Positions 11,544-24,849 of a DNA stretch of 64,000 nucleotides are shown in pieces. Position 1 is the stretch's first letter. Each line of letters opens with the position of its first letter. The notes under the pieces are model-generated. The model did not search any database. It was not told the origin of the DNA and saw nothing but the letters and a program-made list of their open reading frames with translations. The stretch is taken from the NCBI GenBank assembly GCA_963575745.1, contig CAUYUJ010000078.1, positions 1-64,000 of the forward strand, read 5' to 3'. The position numbers were made by a program, and so were the translations under genes. The DNA is from Prorocentrum cordatum. Its lineage: Eukaryota.

Positions 11544-14500
11544 ATGGCGGCAACGGCATGGACAGCGTCGTTGGCCCTGCTGCTATTCAACCCGCTCTCC
11601 GCGAAGCCCGACAGGCAGCAGGAAATCATCGAGGAAGCGGCCAACTTCGACGTCATCATCCTCGCAGGTACTCAACGATGGCGCCGAGAACTTCATCCCG
11701 AACAGCGTCGAATTCAGGGAGCCAGAGTGTACGACGCAGGCTGGAGGACGGGAACACTCACCAACCGCAGCACGGGCATGATGATAGCGCTCCAGGGCAA
11801 ACTAAGAGGAGCGCAGGTGATCAATGTTCTGGAGCCTCCAGGGGAACTTTGCGGCAGAGGCCTCGCACTTCAACTCGTACAGTACGACACCCAGATCACG
11901 ATCGTCAGCTACTATTGCCCGCCGCAGCCCAAGACCACGGCAGACCGCAAGCACTACTTCGCGACGGTGGCAAGATTATTCAAATGGATGGACGAGGTAG
12001 CAGCCAAACGCCCCAGGGGCAGCCTCCTCTTCACGGCAGGGGACCTCAACGACGGCATAGGCATCACGTGCAAGAACGAACACCCGAAGAGCGACTCGCT
12101 TGGAGCGGGCAGGGCGAAGGAGAAACTACCAGGCGGAGCGGGGCACAAAGCCAGACAGTACGCGGAGCGACACGGACTGACAGTCACCAACACGACGGGC
12201 ACATGGAGACCCACTTTTTTCGGGGAAACGACGGCCAGCTGTATAGACTACATCATGATGCCGACGACGCTGGCAAACAGCATCATCTCTCAAGGACCAC
12301 TCCTCCGCATGGGCACACGGCTGCAACACATTCGTAGCCGACGACATCGAGATCACGTCCCAGTGCAGCTCACAGTTCGTATTCCACTTCGGCAAAGAGT
12401 ACAAGCCCGACAACATACAGCACGATGGGATAAAGACAAACTGGCAGCGGCAGCACGCAAGGGACTACACGCAGAGTTATTCATCCAGGATCTGGAAGGA
12501 AAAGTCGCGAACTACAACGAGCACGGCAAAGGCATAGACCAGCTGTTCCAGAACTTGAATCAGATGATCATCGAAACGGCTCAACAGTATTATGGACAGG
12601 GACAACAGAAACCTGAGGAGTACCAGATACTAAGGGACAGACGAATGGAACTATTAAAAAGACGAAGAGACCTTCGAGAGCAACTACGACGCGAAGGAGA
12701 TAGCCTACTCATCAAGATCGCAGACTCGACCAAGCTGGACACAGCCAAGGTAGACTACATTCCAAGGGAAAATCCGACCAACAACCCCTACGCGCAGAAC
12801 TCAGACCAGCCAGGAGCAGAAGACGAACTCGATTCCCGCCGCCTACGACTGGACTACGTCGAGACCGAACTCAAGAACATCACGGCTACCTGCGCAGCCT
12901 GGCGCAAACTCGAGTACCAGCGGAAGACGGACGCCAGGGTGGAGGAGCTGTACGAGGCATGGGAACGCCGAGATCTTGCACGCGTGGGCCGACTGTCAAT
13001 ATTGATTGCTGGCGGAAGATATGGACCACGCAAGCGCGACTACTGGACGATGGTCACAGCCAACCCCACGAAGCAAGAGTGGACCGATTTCTGGCAGCTC
13101 CCAGGTGGATCAGGAGGTATGGAAGGCACAGGACTGAATAGAGAAGAAATTGAACATATTCCCATTGACGCAGATGAAATGGACTATTATGATAACGACA
13201 TAGAAGAACTTGTGGAGACAGATATGGAGGGCATTGCTAAACGGGTAAAAAAGGCTAAACTCCGACGTGCGGCACCACCGACAGCGGCCCCCAACGAGCT
13301 ATGGAGAGTGCTCCTTTGTCAGACAGACGAACAACCTCAACAGCAAAGACAAGGATTGGGGGCACTCCAACCACTTCCTCAGCCAGAAGGATTTCAAGAC
13401 CTCTTCAGGGCGGCACTGGCGGCCATCAGACTCAAGAACGCAACTCCAGTACGATGGCATCAGAGCGCGACAACAGCAGTCAAGAAGAACAACAAAGCGG
13501 GCCCTGCAGGAAAAAGGATATACCACATCATGGACCCGATCGGCAAGGCATTTTACTCATCCTGCATGGCTCGACAGAAGGCTCAGACTCACACTGACCA
13601 GGACTACGGCTTCATTAGAGGACGACGACGCGAAGGAGCCATATTGGCGATGGCGGTCGTCGAGTATCGGCAAGACAGGCAGGCTTCAATTACATCACGA
13701 CGATGAAGGACATGTCGAACGCCTTTGCCAGCTGCGCGTGGACAGCCATGGACGAGGCCAACAACAAGATCATGCCAGAAGACTCTACTGAGTTGGGAGC
13801 GCAGCGATACCGACGAGCTACGTTTGTCATACCATGTCGCGATCAGGAGGACGGAGTTTGCATCAAGCCACACTGTGGAGGACTGATAGGAGACCCGTAC
13901 ATGGTCAGTAACTTCGTGGCCAGCTTCTCGACGTGCATCAAGAACTGGATTGAGGACTGCAACAAAGAGTTAAAGAACGATGATCTGTTGTTTGGGAGCT
14001 GTGAGATATTTCAACATCCAGTTTACTTGGGACTGGCTAAGTATGCGGACGACCTTCGCAAGATCATCCTAGGTGACAAGCACGCAGATGCAGCAGATCT
14101 GGCAGCGCAGGCACACAAAGTGGACAACGCGCTCAACCAGAGGCTCGACGCGATCGGGATGCGCCAGAACGCAGACAAGCAGGAGAACATCGTCTACTTC
14201 CAAGGACAAGGAACGACCAAAGCACACCAGCAGCTCAAGACGAAGCCCGATTGCAAGCTACCTGGCAAAGTTGTTCCACATGCACGATATCTTGGACCAC
14301 AGATCAGCCCGACACTGAACTATGGGGCAGAACTCAACAAGCGAATCGCGGCCATGAAAAAGAGTTACAACGAATGTGGCAGCTTCTGGACTAAAGGGCA
14401 TATACCATACAGGTGGAAGCGAGCGGTCCTCATCTGCAGGGTGATCAACACAGGCCTCTCGTGCATCGAATGCTTCTTGCCGACGCCCAGAGAGTACCAG

Positions 14501-16453
14501 CAGCTACAGAGCGTTATGGGCGCACTACTTCGGCGAGCCATGCGAGGAGGCGCCACACGTCACAGAGACGGCAGCGTGCGGAGCCTTAGCACGCTGGAAG
14601 TATTTCGCTATTGGCAAATATTGCCGCCAGCGGAGGAAGCACTGGTGCGCCGACTCGGATGGTTCAAAAACATCCTTCGCTTCCCTAGCAATCACAGGCA
14701 GTTGATCGTAGCACTATTCGGGAGGGTCGAGTTCGAGACAAACGAAGACGAGGACAAACTCAGGACCGACACGAATCCCTGGGCTCAGAGGTTCTTGGAG
14801 GACGTCAGATACGCGTGTGGGGTCTCGGAGAGCTACTACAACACGCTAGGCGAGGGCGAGAACGTCACGATAGATAGGCTCTTCACTCTAGACGTTAGGG
14901 AACAACTATATCTACTTGATGTTCGGGAAGTTCGGGCAGCAAAACTCGGAGTGGCGGTCCCCCCACCAGGCTACACACAGCAAGATGTCCAAAGAGAAGA
15001 GCTAGCTTTAGAAGAACAGAAGCCATGGAAATGTGAACTTAAACACGGAGAAGCAGAATGTGGTCTATTATTCGCAAGCAAGAAAGCACTACATAGCCAT
15101 ATTATTCGAGCACATAATGTACACAACTTAGCAGCGGTGATGACATCAAACAACGAGTGCCTGAATTGCCAGCAAGTAATTACAAGCAAAGGTACGGCAT
15201 GGAAACATCTGGCAAGCAGTATGATCAAAGGAGGATGCAACAGAGACAGAACAAAGAATCAATATGTTCCGACGGCACAGTCTCCGCAATGCCCTCTCTG
15301 TAGTCATTTCTCTCTCGACAAGGGTGCGCAATTCATACACTTACGTACGCATCTCCCGCGACAACTCCTACAGCCGCCAAGAGGGATACGCCATGTCGCT
15401 GTTCGACCAGAGGCCATTGGGCCAGGCTCCACCAGGCCCAGCAGGAGGGGGCGCAGTCCGACGAGAGGATCGCAGCCGCCAACGAGGTCCAGTGCTACGC
15501 GGACCAGCGGTCGGCGGCGGAGGCAACCAGCAACAGATCACGGAGCTCACGGCGAGACTCACGCTCACGGTGGCACGAGAGCAAGCAGAAATGGCGGCGG
15601 CACTCATCCAAACTTGGGAAATCGCCACGTCGACGGGTATCGCTACCACGGCCCTCGGAGCGGGCAAGCACTACAACGACGAGGCGCAGCAGCTCCACCA
15701 GAGGCAGCGAGGCGGAGAACAAGTCGACCTAGGCAGCCTGGGCAGCCCGCACGTGAAGGTGTGGACGGAGACGTGCGCCTACCTGGGCAAGCAGCTCGAG
15801 GAGGGCGGACAGCTCAACGAGGTGAAGAGCCACTACGAGAACATTATGAAGAACGACACGGAAGCCCTCGCGGACATAGTACCAGTGTTCAGGGTCAGGC
15901 GCAACAAGGGCAAAGAGGGCGGCGGGGTCGAGAAGTGCCGATTCCAGTTCAAGTTCGGAGAGAGCAACCACCAGCTGTGCACGGTGCTGGTCAACCAGCT
16001 CAAGAAGGAGGGCGCCACTCGCAAGATCGGGTCGGCACCGAGGGGCGCCTTGGAGAGGGAGCTCGGCCGCCTAGTGAACGGATAGTCGACTTCGGCACGA
16101 TAGAGGAGGCGAACCTAGAGGATACGACCGCACGAGATCTACACCTGAGAGATGAGGAGGAGGAAAACAGTGTTCGAATTCGCCCAGTCCTTCCCCCACA
16201 GCTTCCCCAGGCCATCCCACGAGTTTTTGAGAATAGCGCCAGGTTCCGTGAGATAGTCAGGTCTGGACGTCTCCCACCTCCTCCTTCTCAGAATGCTGTG
16301 CCCGAAATCTTCCAATTCGATGGCCCACGTTTTCCTCAGTATTTACTAATGCACCGACCTCCCCCCCCTCCCGAACCGAAGCGTAAGGGACGAGGTAAGG
16401 GTAAACGGAGCCAGCGAAGCCAACAGCAGCAGCAGAGCGAACGACCTCCGTGA
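11544..16453 (+). pseudogene. APE endonuclease-reverse transcriptase-C2H2 zinc-finger polyprotein of LINE A with one frameshift (~13670)
   Basis: EN: FNPLS, DVIILAGT, AGDLND, CIDYI, RDHVPV. RT: DYGFIRGRRRE, KDMSNAF, GGLIGDP, KYADDL, RYLG. Three C-terminal C2H2-like fingers. ORFs 11544-13706 and 13703-16453 join as ...RQAGFNYITTMKD with a 1-nt indel. Confidence 0.9.
15393..16085 (+). CDS. Extra 230-aa ORF overlapping the 3' end of the LINE A RT ORF (+1 frame), function unknown
   Basis: ATG at 15393 (MSLFDQRP), protein-like composition, ends GSAPRGALERELGRLVNG*; a counterpart is present in LINE B. Confidence 0.75.
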   Translation: MSLFDQRPLGQAPPGPAGGGAVRREDRSRQRGPVLRGPAVGGGGNQQQITELTARLTLTVAREQAEMAAALIQTWEIATSTGIATTALGAGKHYNDEAQQLHQRQRGGEQVDLGSLGSPHVKVWTETCAYLGKQLEEGGQLNEVKSHYENIMKNDTEALADIVPVFRVRRNKGKEGGGVEKCRFQFKFGESNHQLCTVLVNQLKKEGATRKIGSAPRGALERELGRLVNG

Positions 16454-16979
16454 ATGCGGGTGCTACCCTGCCCGCAGACCCCTGCGTGGGGGAGGTCGGT
16501 GCAGGTCGGGCCCGAGCGTCCACTGACGTCTGCTCTACCAGTTTACTCAGAGAACACAGCTAGGCCGTGCTTAGATTACGCAGCTACTCAGAGCTAGCCA
16601 GAGCGTCAGTCACCCAGACATCGGCCCGACAGCTCGATCGATCGATCGATCCTCCCCCTCCTCCACCTCCCTGCCCCCACCCTCGTCCTTTTCGTCGTCC
16701 TCGTCTTCGCCGTCGCCATGGGCCGGCCCGGGGTGGCGGCGACCTTGGCCGGCGGGTCCTCGTCCGCCTGGTGCGGCTGGGGTGCAGCCTGCAAAACGGG
16801 CAGCGGCGAGGGCGAGGGCGGTGACACTGACCCGCCTCTCTTCCACCTCCTCCTTCTCCCTCCTCCTCCCCTCCTCCTCCCTTCTCCTCCCTCCCCCTCA
16901 CTCATCTCGACGAGGAGGACGTCGACGACGATGAGGGGGACCCAGGCACCTGGGCGCTGCGAAAAATATACGTAGCACC

Positions 16980-17345
16980 CCGCCGCAGTTGCGGATAAGA
17001 GTGAGGGGGCGGCAGGGACGTCAGGGACGTCGACAGTCTGCGTGGCTCTGAAAAGCCCGCCGCAAGCGCCTGATTCCGCAGTTGCAGATAAGAGTGAGGG
17101 GGCAGCGGGGACGTCGGCAGTCTGCGAGGCTCTGAAAAAGCCGCAGGCGCCTCATTTGCACAAATCATACAACGAGCTTGCCGCAGGCGTCGATTTTTTC
17201 GTGATGGCAGTGTGGGTGGGTCACGGGGTGGACCGCGGGTGGGTCGCGGGTGGGTCGCGGGTGGGTAGCGGGCTGGGTCGTTGGCTAGGTCGCGCGTGGG
17301 TCGCGGGTGGGTCGCGGGTGGGTCGCGGGCCAGGTCGCGGGGGGG
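16980..17345 (+). repeat. Dispersed repeat with (GGGTGGGTCGC)n; a related copy lies on the opposite strand at 50650-51420
   Basis: Both copies have CCGCAGGCG-containing subrepeats, then the GGGTGGGTCGC array, then (CAA)n. Confidence 0.7.
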
Positions 17346-17347
17346 AC

Positions 17348-17404
17348 GACAACAACAAACAACAAACCAAACAACACAACAAACAACAAACAACAAACAA
17401 CCAT

Positions 17405-17474
<70 letters not shown>

Positions 17475-17771
17475 ACAGCAGCATCAACAACAACAGCATC
17501 ATCAACAACAGCCAACAACAACAACAATCATCAACAACAACAACAACAAACAACAGCAGCAACATCAACAACAAGCAACAAAACAAACAACAAACACCAA
17601 ACACAAACCACCTAACCACAACCATCAAACAACAACACGCAACAACAAACACAACAACAAAAACAACAACCACACCACCACCAACAACAACAACAACAAC
17701 AACAGCGACAGCAACAGCAACAACAACAACAACACACCAACAACAATAACAACAACAATAACAACAACAAT
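17348..17771. repeat. (CAA)n microsatellite
   Basis: Direct inspection. Confidence 0.9.
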
Positions 17772-18109
17772 CAGTTTGAAACTGTTCGCCCTTATCCGCT
17801 CGAGTGTCCAATAACGCGTATTTCCCAAACCCTCGATACCCGCCCTCTTCGTTTTCGATCGAACCCCTTTTGGGGGGTATACCTTTCTTCCCTGCAGGCC
17901 GGGCCCCGGCAAGCGGCGGGGCGGCCGCGACCGTCGGCTTGGCCAGCGGCAGCGCTGATCGGCGGGGCGGCCGCGGACCGTCGACCCGACCCCAAGAGGG
18001 ACGGACAGGGGACCGACCACGACGACGACGACGACGACGTCGACGACGACGGCGACGACGACCACGACGGCCACGACGACGACGAGCGAAAGCGAGAGCG
18101 AGAGAGAAC

Positions 18110-18785
18110 GACAGCAGGGCCACGAAGGACACGAAGTAGGCCACGAAGGGCGACAGCGGGGACACGAAGGGAATGCGTATGTGGCCACGAAGGGCGCGAA
18201 CGAACGGGGGGCACGAAGGGCAGATAATGCGGGGCCACAGAAGGCAACGATGGGGCCACTGAGGGTAGCAACTGGGCCACGTAGGACAGTGAGGGGGCCA
18301 CAAACGGCGACAGCGGGGCCACGAAGGGCATGCACATGGGGCCACAACGGGCGCGAACGAGCGGGGGGCACGAAGGGCATACGTATGTTGGGCCGCGGAG
18401 GGCAAGGACGGGGCCACTGAGGGCAGCAACGGGGCCACGAAGGGCAGCGAGGGGGCCACGAAGGGCGACAGCGGGGCCACGAAGGGCATGCATATGGGGC
18501 CACCACGGGCGCGAATGAGCGAGGGCCACGAAGAGCATACATATGTGGGGCCACGAAGGGCAGCGAGGAGGCCACGAAGGGCTGCGAGGGGGCCACGAAA
18601 CAAAGCGAGGGGGCCACGAAAAGCTGCAACGGGGCCACGAAGGGCTGCAACGGGGCCACGAAGGGCTGCAACGGGGCCACGAGCGAGGGGGCCACGCAAC
18701 GGGGCCACGAAGGGCTGCAACGGGGGCCACGAAACAAAGCGAGGGGGCCACGAAGGGCTGCAACGGGGCCACGAAGGGCAGCGAG
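18110..18785. repeat. Minisatellite built on GGGGCCACGAAGGGC (~21-nt units)
   Basis: Direct inspection. Confidence 0.9.
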
Positions 18786-18789
18786 ATCC

Positions 18790-19235
18790 CTATTCCTAGG
18801 TAATCTGTGAGGGAGTCCTAAGCGTGAGCGCGACTCCTGGGTGCCTGGGTGTCGGGAGCGCGGCGCTTGAGTAAATTTCAAGAAATTCCAACGCAAGGGC
18901 GCTATTCGTCAGTAAATTGCAAGCAAGTCTCCAGCGAGAGCGCGACTCCAGAGCGCCGGAAGAGCGATTCCGTGTACGGAAGTCCCAAGCGAGAGCGCGA
19001 TCCCGGAATAAACTGCGAGGAAGTCTCGGGCGGGAGCGGGGGTCCTGGCTAAATTGTGAGGAAGTCTCAGGCGGGAGCCGTTGTTGTTGTAACCCGGGGG
19101 CCAGGGGCACAGTTTGAACATCAAGACCTTCCCTGTCACAAAAGCAGGGTGCAAGCGTCGAGGGGCACACTTTGATTGAGAACAAAAAGTATGCACCGGA
19201 GGGGGGTCAACAATACTTACTCTTCAGAAACGATA
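18790..19235 (+). repeat. Dispersed repeat family (GCGAGAGCGCGAT...TAAAYTGYGAGGAAGTC), also at ~20110-20335, ~46470-46530 and ~47000-47470
   Basis: Shared blocks such as GGCGGGAGCCG..TGTTGT..GGCCAGGGGCACAGTTTGA at 19070 and 47005. Confidence 0.75.
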
Positions 19236-19237
19236 GT

Positions 19238-19760
<523 letters not shown>

Positions 19761-22700
19761 TGTTAAGACTGCTCGCTCCTATCTGCTCACGGGCCGTTCG
19801 ACACGTTGATCCCAAATCCCCAATACCCGCCCCGCCCTCTTCGTCTTGGACCGTACCCCCTTAGAGGGATCTCTTTCTTACCTGCAACGTGTATTTCGTG
19901 CAGCCCTTAAGCAGGGGACGAAGGGGCGGATGGAAGGAAGGACAAAAGGATGAGAGGAGGATGGAACAAAAGAGAGAGCAGGAGGGGGCTAGGAGCAGAA
20001 AACAAGTGGCAGAACCAGACGGGCAGATCTGGCGGGTAGACCCTAACAGGCGGGTCGGGCAAACGGGCCCAGGCGGCCGAGTCGAGCAGGAGGGTTGCTG
20101 AAGCGTGCGTCCTGCATGAATAGCGAGGAGATCTCGAGCGACAGTGCGATTCCCAAACACATCGCGAGGAAATCCACAGCGAGAGCATGATTCCTGAGTG
20201 TCGAGGGCGAGGCGTCCGAATAAATTGCGATGAAGTCCAACGCGAGAGTGCGACTCCTGTATGAATTGTGAGGGAGTCCCGCGCCAGAGCGCGATTTGAG
20301 AATAAAGTGTGAGGAAGTCTCAGGCTCAGGAGGGAGCCATTGTTGGTGTTGTTGTTGCTGCTGCTGTTGTTATTTGTGGTGGTGGCAGGTATGGTGTTGT
20401 TGCCGCTGCTGCTGCTGTTGTTGTTGCTGTTGCTGTTGCTGTTGCTACTGCTGTTGCTGTTGCTGCTGTTGTGATTGCTGTTGTTGTAAGCCTGGGGTCA
20501 GGGGGTCCCCAAGAGAGCCAAATAGTGCCCCAAAGTTGCCCCAAGAAAAAAAAAAGACGACGAGAGCCCCAAGAGGGGAAACTCGATTTGACATTTCGAG
20601 CCTTCAACCCCAAGCTGGCCTCCGAGACCGCAACGGGGCCGCCCTCCCGCCCTCCCGGAGGCATGCAGAGCCCCTCAAGGGGCATCCGAGAGTCCTCCAA
20701 GCAGGCCTCCGAGAGGCCTCCAACAGGTGCCCCAATACTCTGCGAGAGGCATCTGGCAAGCCTCTGATCCACTGCCCAGGCACGGTGGCCGATTGGGCCA
20801 ACGTCCAGTATGTTGTGTTCACAGACGCTGCTTTTTCCATCCGAGCTGAAGCCCAAGCCCTGAGCCACCATTGCGATGATCCAGGCGAAAGCTTCAACAA
20901 CAAAGCCTACGGCTTCCCAGTCCCACCTTTTAGACCCTTTCCTTCCTGATATTTCCCATCGTCGTGTGGAACTGATATACATTATTGTTTGTTGTGGCGA
21001 GGTCATGTTTTAACTGTTTGCTTGGTCGAATGCCTTCTCTGTACTGCACGTTCAAGTCGGGCATGTCCTCCGACAGGCGGAAGCTGGACGAAAACTGTAA
21101 AGCAGCATAAGTAAGACAGAAGCATCAAACAATCAAAAGAAGCACGCCAAATCGTCACCGAACTTGCTGTTGGCCCCTCTCGAATGTTCCTCCTGCAGAG
21201 GGACCTGCCCGACTTACCTCTCGCCTCCACGCGCCGCTCTCCGCCCCGCGCCCTCCCCCTCCTGCATGCGGCTCGGGCACGCGCCCCCCCTGCGCACCCT
21301 CGCCTGCCCGCTGCGTTGGCACGCTGGCCCGTGCCGTCTGCCTCCTGCGCTCTGTCGCGCTGCCTGCTCTCTCTACTCTCTACTCTGAAATCGGGCCTGC
21401 CCTCCTACAGGGGGATGCTGGACGAAAAACAAACAAAAATATGCAAAAAGATACGCCAACATGGCCACCAAATGCTCAAAAAAACAATTCCCCTGACTAT
21501 TTCTGGGCTATTTTGAATATTCCTCCTGCAGAGGGACGTGCCCGACGTATTTCTACTCCGAGGGACAAGGATAAGGGGGGGACTGGCACAGGGGGGGGGC
21601 GGGGGGGACATCGACCTGGCATCGGCGACACATCGCCGATGGATCGGCGATGGGCCCCCGAGAGCAATTCCGCACGTTCCTGGGCAGGGTGGGGCTGTGG
21701 AGCCCCTGTCGCCGATCCATGGGCGACTGGGGGTCGATGCATCCCACCCTTTGCCTATCCCCCGCTATCGTTGCCCCTGAGATTCTCCAGTACTCTCCGG
21801 GGTGTCATATACTCTAAACTCTCTCTTTCTTTCTCTCCTCCGCTCGGCAAATTATTTCACGATCTGTACACACTGCTTACTCTCCGCTGTGTCCACCATG
21901 AACCCTTTCTCTCGATTCGCTATTCTGGGAACCCAGGAACCTACCCGCCCACTCGAATCGGCAAAATTTGCCGATTGAAACCTGAACAAAGAACCAAGAA
22001 ACTGGCCACCCAACGAAAATTGGGTGTCCCAAAACCGTGTGGTGACAGACCCGGCGGTGACCTCGAAATCCGCAAAGACCTCACCGCACGGTCCGTCACC
22101 ATACGGTTTTGGGACCCTGGAGGCTCCAGTCGCCCGAGACATCCTCGGAGAACGACCCAAGTCCCAAACCGTGCGCTGACCCCGAATCCCCACCGACTCA
22201 CCACACGGTGTGGTCACCACCCCGTTTTGGAGCCCCCGAGAAAACAACGGCCCAAGACCACTAATTCCGCACAATGCCGGGAACCAATTTCCTCGAACCG
22301 GGAACCTGGGAATCCCGGAGTCTGGCTGCCAATAGAAATCAACGACCAATTTCAACTGTTCGCTCTCCGAGAGTACCACTACAGTCAACACACTGATGAG
22401 AGAATGACACGCGCATCACTTGCAGGAGGGAGCGAACATCGAGGGCGGAGCTGAGACTTCGATTGCCTTTGGGGCTTGCGCTCGACGGCGGGCCGTTCCC
22501 CAAAGCATCCCACCCTGGGTCGCGGAAACCCCTTCGGCAAGTCTGCCTCGATGCCGTGGATGCAGGTGGAAGCATCACTGTGGGTCGCCATCGACCCTCG
22601 ATCCCTCGATCCTGGAGTCGCTTGGGGCCCGCCTCGCACCCGTGACCGGCGGTGGGGGTGCACTTGGAGGTCGCCATCGATCCTCGAGCCTTCGATCCTG

Positions 22701-24849
22701 AAGTCGAATAGCGAGAGGTCTGGGCCCGGGGCGCCGTGGCCGCGCCCCACCCCCGCGAAGGAGGCGCCTTCGCGGGGGGGCTCTCTGCGCCGACGCCGGG
22801 GGGCGGGGCCTGTCGTTGGCGGGCGGGCGTGCTCGGGGTGGGGGGCTCGTCCCTTCCCCTTGTGCCGCCCGCCTCCCTTCTCTTCCGCACTTCCCCTCCC
22901 CATTCCTACCCCATCCTCTTCCCCTCTCACCCTCTCCCCCCTTCTTCCCCGCGCGTTCCGCCGCCGTCCCAACTGGAGGGCCTTGGGTGCCGTTGCCAGG
23001 CAAAGGCGGGCCTCCCTCGGAAGAACAACCATACGCGCCGACCCGCTACCCAGCGACAGCGAGGTCGGCCGCGCCGCGCCTGTCTTCGCAGGCTTGCGCG
23101 GCGCCGCCGCGCAGATACGGCTTGCCGAGGCAATCTTTAAGAGCCCGCCTGGCATCGGCGCGCCAAGGAGCGCCGCAGCCAAGCACGTACGTTAGTCCGC
23201 ATCGCCAGTGCCAGAGCAGCCCTCGCAAGTCATCACGTCAGCGGCGCAAATATGTCAGCGCCTTGGCAGCAATCCAGCTCATGGTTTTGCGCACACCGTG
23301 GTACGAGGCATGCTGCTGGGGCGAGATGGTGTTCTAATTACCTGTTGCCCCAGAGCAGAAGAACGTCGTACTCGACAAGATCGGTCCAAATCAAGGGCCC
23401 CATCAGGACTCAGAGGTCGACAAGGCAGCACCAGCACGAGCAAGGACATGTCTCTGCCATCGTCAGATACGCCAGTAACGACCACCTTTCACCGCGTCTC
23501 TCGCAGAGGCTCAGCAGCGAAAGATTTGGGTGGATCTGCCATCTGCTCCTGCGGAAAGGAAAGCCCGCAGCTAATGCATCAAATCGGCCATGCAGTCGTT
23601 GGAAGCCAGATCCGCTCTTGGGGTCAGCGCACCTCAGCTGAAAGAGCTGAGCACAAAACGCAGCTTCCTGCATTTCATGCATCTATGCCGATACCCAGTC
23701 AAGGTCTTCCTACATTACCCACGTCACCGGACGCCTCCTCGAAGAAACTCAGGAGGCGGAGAGGGAAGCACAGAAACGGCCTTCCGCGGCACACCGTCAC
23801 GGGGAGTCGGTTGCCAACGATTTGCCTCAGGCGCAATTCACGCCCGCAGCCTTCGAGGAGCTGGCCAGCACCGAGAAGGCCAAGAAGGTCACATTACAAG
23901 AAAAGAGTCCAGATGGCACTGCTACTCCCATTCGTAGAAAGGAAAAAAAGTTGTGGCACTCCACGCGGATTTCTTGGATCTGCGCTGGACCCCTCCCTGG
24001 CGCGCGGAACGCGCCAAGGGCGGCGCCGAAGGCCCCGCCAGGGAGGCCCAGCGCGGATCCAAAAATCCGCGCGGAGCGCCAAAACTCTATGTTTATGGCG
24101 CTTTTCCTTCTTCGAATCCAGTCGCCCTTCGAGCCAGTTTCTCCCGCCGCGCAACGCGTCCTCAATCGGCCCACGACTGTGCCAGGAACGTGCTCGACAG
24201 CAGCAGCGCCCGCGCCTTCCCCTCCCGCTCTTTCTCCGGGCACTGCGGGAGCCCGAAGCCAAGGCGCGCGGGCAAGGGAGGAATCCTCAGGCTGGGCAAC
24301 GGGACGGCAGAGGCCAAGCTGCTCGAACGCGCGGCTGCAATTCTAGGTCAGCAACAACTGTCTCTCGGCGGTCGTGACCAGGTTGCTTCCGACGGCCCAA
24401 TGCCAGAAGACCACGCCGGACCAGAACTCGTGAGATCCGAAGGGCCCCCCCGCGCAAGAGCCCGTGCCTCCCGCGCGCTGGGGGCGACAAACCCACGGAG
24501 GACGCAGCGGCCGCAGAAGGAGATCGCCTCCTCAGCGCCAGAGGCCAACAGCTTGTTCAACTCCCCAGCCAGTTGTAGAGGAAGTGACTGTGGCAGGTGC
24601 TACTAGGATCCCGTCCAATCATCACCCCCAATTGTCATGCAGCGGTCTGGCGTCATGTCCCCATGGGAACCCGCAGGGGCCCACCGAGGCCCCCTCTACC
24701 AAACTTTGCCCTCACAGTCCAATGCCGGACACTACTGAAGGTTTCACTTGTCTCTTTCAGAAGTGGCCCCGTCGGCCCAATCCCAGCGATTGGGTCCTCG
24801 CCAAGTCCCTGCACCCCCCCGCCGTTCAGGCTCCCTGGGCTCTTGGGTC

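Larger units (their letters stand above)
11446..16650 (+). mobile_element. Full-length non-LTR retrotransposon (LINE A) with about 20-bp TSD and (CGAT)4 tail
   Basis: TSD CCTCCCCCTCCTCC[C/A]CCTCC at 11426-11445 and 16651-16670 (19/20); APE-RT-C2H2 ORF; CGATCGATCGATCGAT immediately before the 3' TSD. Confidence 0.85.

Noticed and set aside
20780..20949. Possible isolated host exon (TVADWANVQYVVFTDAAF); similar candidates at 9630-9790 and 10330-10730
   Set aside because: No recognisable family and no linkable neighbouring exons; not supportable without transcripts.
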